From: Camelus dromedarius
Lineage: Eukaryota
NCBI RefSeq assembly: GCF_036321535.1
Contig: NC_087436.1
Location: forward strand, 5,952,001 to 6,016,000
DNA length: 64,000 bases
Reading direction: 5' to 3'
The notes under the pieces are model-generated. The model was not told the origin of the DNA. It did not search any database and saw nothing but the letters and a program-made list of their open reading frames with translations. Position numbers and translations under genes: made by a program. Shown piece by piece: positions 60,927-64,000 of this stretch; the first letter of the stretch is position 1; each line of letters begins with the position of its first letter.

Positions 60927-61528
60927 TGTTTATTGTCTTTTTGGTCCTTCCCTCTTTGCAGAAAGAATTCAGAGACGAGAGAGAGAGATCAAGAAAGCAA
61001 AGTAAGGATTGATTAAGTGATAATGCACTCTCAAGGGGAGAGCGGGCAGACTCAGGCGAACAGCTGCCCTATTTCTTTGACAAGCTGGTTATATGGGACG
61101 TAATAATGAATGGATGGAATATTCATTGGGGAGGGAAGGATTTGGGGTCATATTCCTTGATTTTCATCCCAGCTCCACCTTCCCGAGGGGAGGAGGGATT
61201 TTTGTCCTTATTTAGTCTGGGTTGGAAGTGTCATGGTGTCAGTCCATGATGGGGGCTTCTAATCTGCAAGGCTAATTTGCTTGAAATGAGGGCACGATGA
61301 GCAAAAGGTTGCATTCAGACACTGGGGATTCCTGCCTTTTCCTACCATCCTTTGTCAGCCTCCAGGACACTTGTCACCCCAAGATGTATGGTTTCTTATC
61401 AACCCAGAGGTTCCTGCTTTTTTCTGTCTGCCCAGGGACCCCTATTGTTCACAAGATGTGTGGTTTTGTGCATTTGGCCCATGCCCCTCCTTTCTCTGCT
61501 CACATCTTGCTGTCTGCCTGCTCTAACA
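60927..61528 (-). mobile_element. ERV-type solo LTR inserted near the MLT1D 3' end
   Basis: TGTT...AACA ends; gcagaaagaattcagagacgag U5-like sequence; TSD unclear. Confidence 0.65.
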
Positions 61529-62669
61529 AAAGGAATGCACATAAGAATAGATGCAGAAGGTGCTTTGGCCTTTTTCTTTCACATCCCATTCTAAGCCATG
61601 GGTGACTCTTCTGTGATCTTCATGGCTTGGGATTCTAACTGGAGGGAGACAGGACTGGCTGCCCCCGTGTATAAGATGACAAGGCTGAGGCATTTGCACT
61701 GGAGACTACTTCCCCTCTGACATTTCTGAAGTTTGAGACTGTTTTCCAGGAGGTCCTTCTGTAGAATCTGAACTCTCAGGGTCAACCTGGGTTTCTAGTA
61801 CAGAGTAGGTGCTTAGTAAGACAATAGCATAACAGGGAAAGGACATATGGAAAAGGCACAGGGTGTGGTGATGGAAGGTGCAGGCTCTAAATGTTGCATC
61901 TTTTCTTTATAGGCTGTGCAGTTTCAGAGGAGTTACTTAGCATCTGGATCTCACTTCCCCCTTATGTTAAGTGAAGAATTATTTAGTGAAAGCAACATGT
62001 GTGGAAATACAACAAACGTGTACTGGACACTAAGGGACACTCAGGCACACCAGGGGGGGGTCAGTCCCCTGAGGGGAAACGTGGTGTTTAAGCAGTGAAA
62101 GTGATGTGATTTTTATGGGAAAAATAAGAAGCATTCTTGGGATGCTGAAGATATACTTCTTTATTAAAACTTTTGCCTAGAGCTGGTCCTGGGCATTAAA
62201 ATCACCCGGCATTAACACGTTGCTGGTTTAGGGATAATTTCTCCTTTAACGTCTCTTCACACATGTATTGGCTTCTGATGAATTTTCACCTTTTTAAAGC
62301 CATAGATTCACATTACTGACTTTGTTAACCAGGGTGAGAAAAAGCAGTGTGCTCAGCTGATAATGAAAATCACTGCTGGCCTCGAATGAGTAATTGATTG
62401 AAATGACATCTGCAAAGGGTATGAAACAAAATACACACACAAAAAAATGTTGGCAGTTTTTAAGCGGTTACTTGTATGTGAGCTCACGTTGAGATAAGGT
62501 CACTCTGATTGTTCGTGTGTGGGTTGCCATGGGCACTGAACACAGTTTGCAGACAATACAACTCTGAGAGGCACAGTCACATTTTTTTACAAAATAGCTA
62601 TTAATGTTAAATTTGCCGTTGATAGAATTTCATGATTCCTTTTAATGTCCTTCTAATTCTATTTTTTAA

Positions 62670-63200
62670 AAAATGATTGATGTACAGGTATGTAAAGTGA
62701 AATGTACAGATTTCACGTGTCATTTTGATAGGTTTTCACAATGATGCACAGCATGTAACCTCCATCCGAAACAAGATGTAGAACATTTCCATCATCCCAG
62801 AAAGTTTCTCCTGCTCATTACTAGTCAGTAAAATCCTGACTTATCATCACCTCAGGATCAGAGTGAAACACTTTCTAATTTCTATAACCCTCACATAATG
62901 CTGTTTATTCTTGGATTTCATATACATGGAATCATAGAAATGCATTTTTTGTGTCTGGCTTCTTTTCCACAAGGGAACATTTATGTGATTTATCCCAGTT
63001 GTGAGAATAACGGTATTTTATCCCTTTTTATTGCTCAGTAGTATTCCACTGTGTGGATATAATGATTTATTTATGCATTTCTTCTTCATACTAATTTGGT
63101 TTCCTTTGTAGAGTTAGTTTGAATAAGTTTGTTATGCATATTCTTGTTAAAATGTAATGTTGATATAAGTTTTCTTAACTCTTCAGTAAATACCTGTTTC
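62670..63200 (-). mobile_element. Ancient L1M 3' fragment
   Basis: agaacatttccatcatcccagaaagtt..tttcatatacatggaatcata..tgtgtctggcttctttt..tttattgctcagtagtattcca. Confidence 0.85.
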
Positions 63201-63239
63201 AGGATGGATGGTAGGCTTGAATGCAGAAGTTCAAACTAA

Positions 63240-63690
63240 AAAACATCTAAAAGATGTCATAGGAGAGTTATCTTCAGGCTATTAAGGGAAGCAAAGATTT
63301 CTTAGGTAGACACAAAAAGCACTAACCAGAAAAAAGCAAAATTGATAAATTGGGCTTTCTCAAAAGAAAATATTCTCCTTCTCTGCAGATGTCATTAAAA
63401 ATAAAATGAATAGGCAAGCCAAAGGTAAGAGTAAAATATTTGCAATCTGTATAACTAACAGAAGATTTTTGTCCAGAATACATGAACAAATCAACAGTAA
63501 AAAGACCAAAGACCAGTGAAAACATTTCATCAGACAACTGACAATATAAATGCCTCTCAGAGGGCTACAGTATGGAATTTCAGTACATAGTTTACCCAAT
63601 AGCTTTCTGACAGTGTGGTATTGGCAAAATGATACAAAAGTAAAAGGATGAAACAGAATAGATGGTCCAGGAATGAACTCAGATGTATGT
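63240..63690 (+). mobile_element. Ancient L1M ORF2 fragments
   Basis: gcaaagatttcttaggtagacacaaaaagcactaacc..attgataaattgg..atatttgcaatc..acagtgtggtattggc. Confidence 0.75.
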
Positions 63691-64000
63691 CTAACTGATT
63701 CTCCTTTTAACCCATTCTGCTTCCTGTTGCCTTGTTGCCTCTTCAAGTCCCCAGTGTTATCTTTCTTCTTCTGTTTCTATGCTCTTCTTCACAATATAGT
63801 ATCTTGGCTTCAAAATCTCTATTTGTTTCTAACACTCCTCTTTTTCAATAGAGCATATGTTATCAACCATGAATTGAGAAATAATGTTTTCTCAACAAAA
63901 TAACTCATAACATGCCGTCCTCTACTGGTAACTTATTTAATCCTCTGTGGTAATCAACAACTTATTTTTAATATGAATACATTTTTTTTCCTGGTTGGTT

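Noticed and set aside
62523..62536. RFX X-box-like motifs (also 16468-16481)
   Set aside because: Isolated imperfect matches with no promoter context
1..64000. CRISPR arrays, operons or other prokaryotic systems
   Set aside because: The sequence is mammalian; the tandem repeats have no unique spacers

Overview
Mammalian nuclear DNA, almost certainly camelid (alpaca/llama/camel): it carries six tRNA-Ala-derived SINEs of the Vic-1 type and cetartiodactyl-type L1 3' UTRs. I find no convincing spliced protein-coding gene, so the window looks intergenic or intronic and is rich in interspersed repeats (L1, L2, MIR, MaLR, ERVL, ERV1 and ERV2-like solo LTRs, Tigger MITEs). It contains one clear processed pseudogene (RPL29, minus strand, with TOP 5' end, poly(A) and a 16-bp TSD). 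The most interesting signal is the CpG island at about 20.9-21.7 kb. It appears to be the 3' end and LTR of an ancient ERVL (LTR16/LTR33-type) provirus rewritten by A/T-to-G/C substitutions. Similar focal CpG-gain patches occur in other old repeats and in the RPL29 retrocopy, consistent with fossil GC-biased gene-conversion hotspots. Repeat family names come from remembered consensus sequences, not a database search. Boundaries without a TSD are approximate. I do not see evidence for a new protein-based system.
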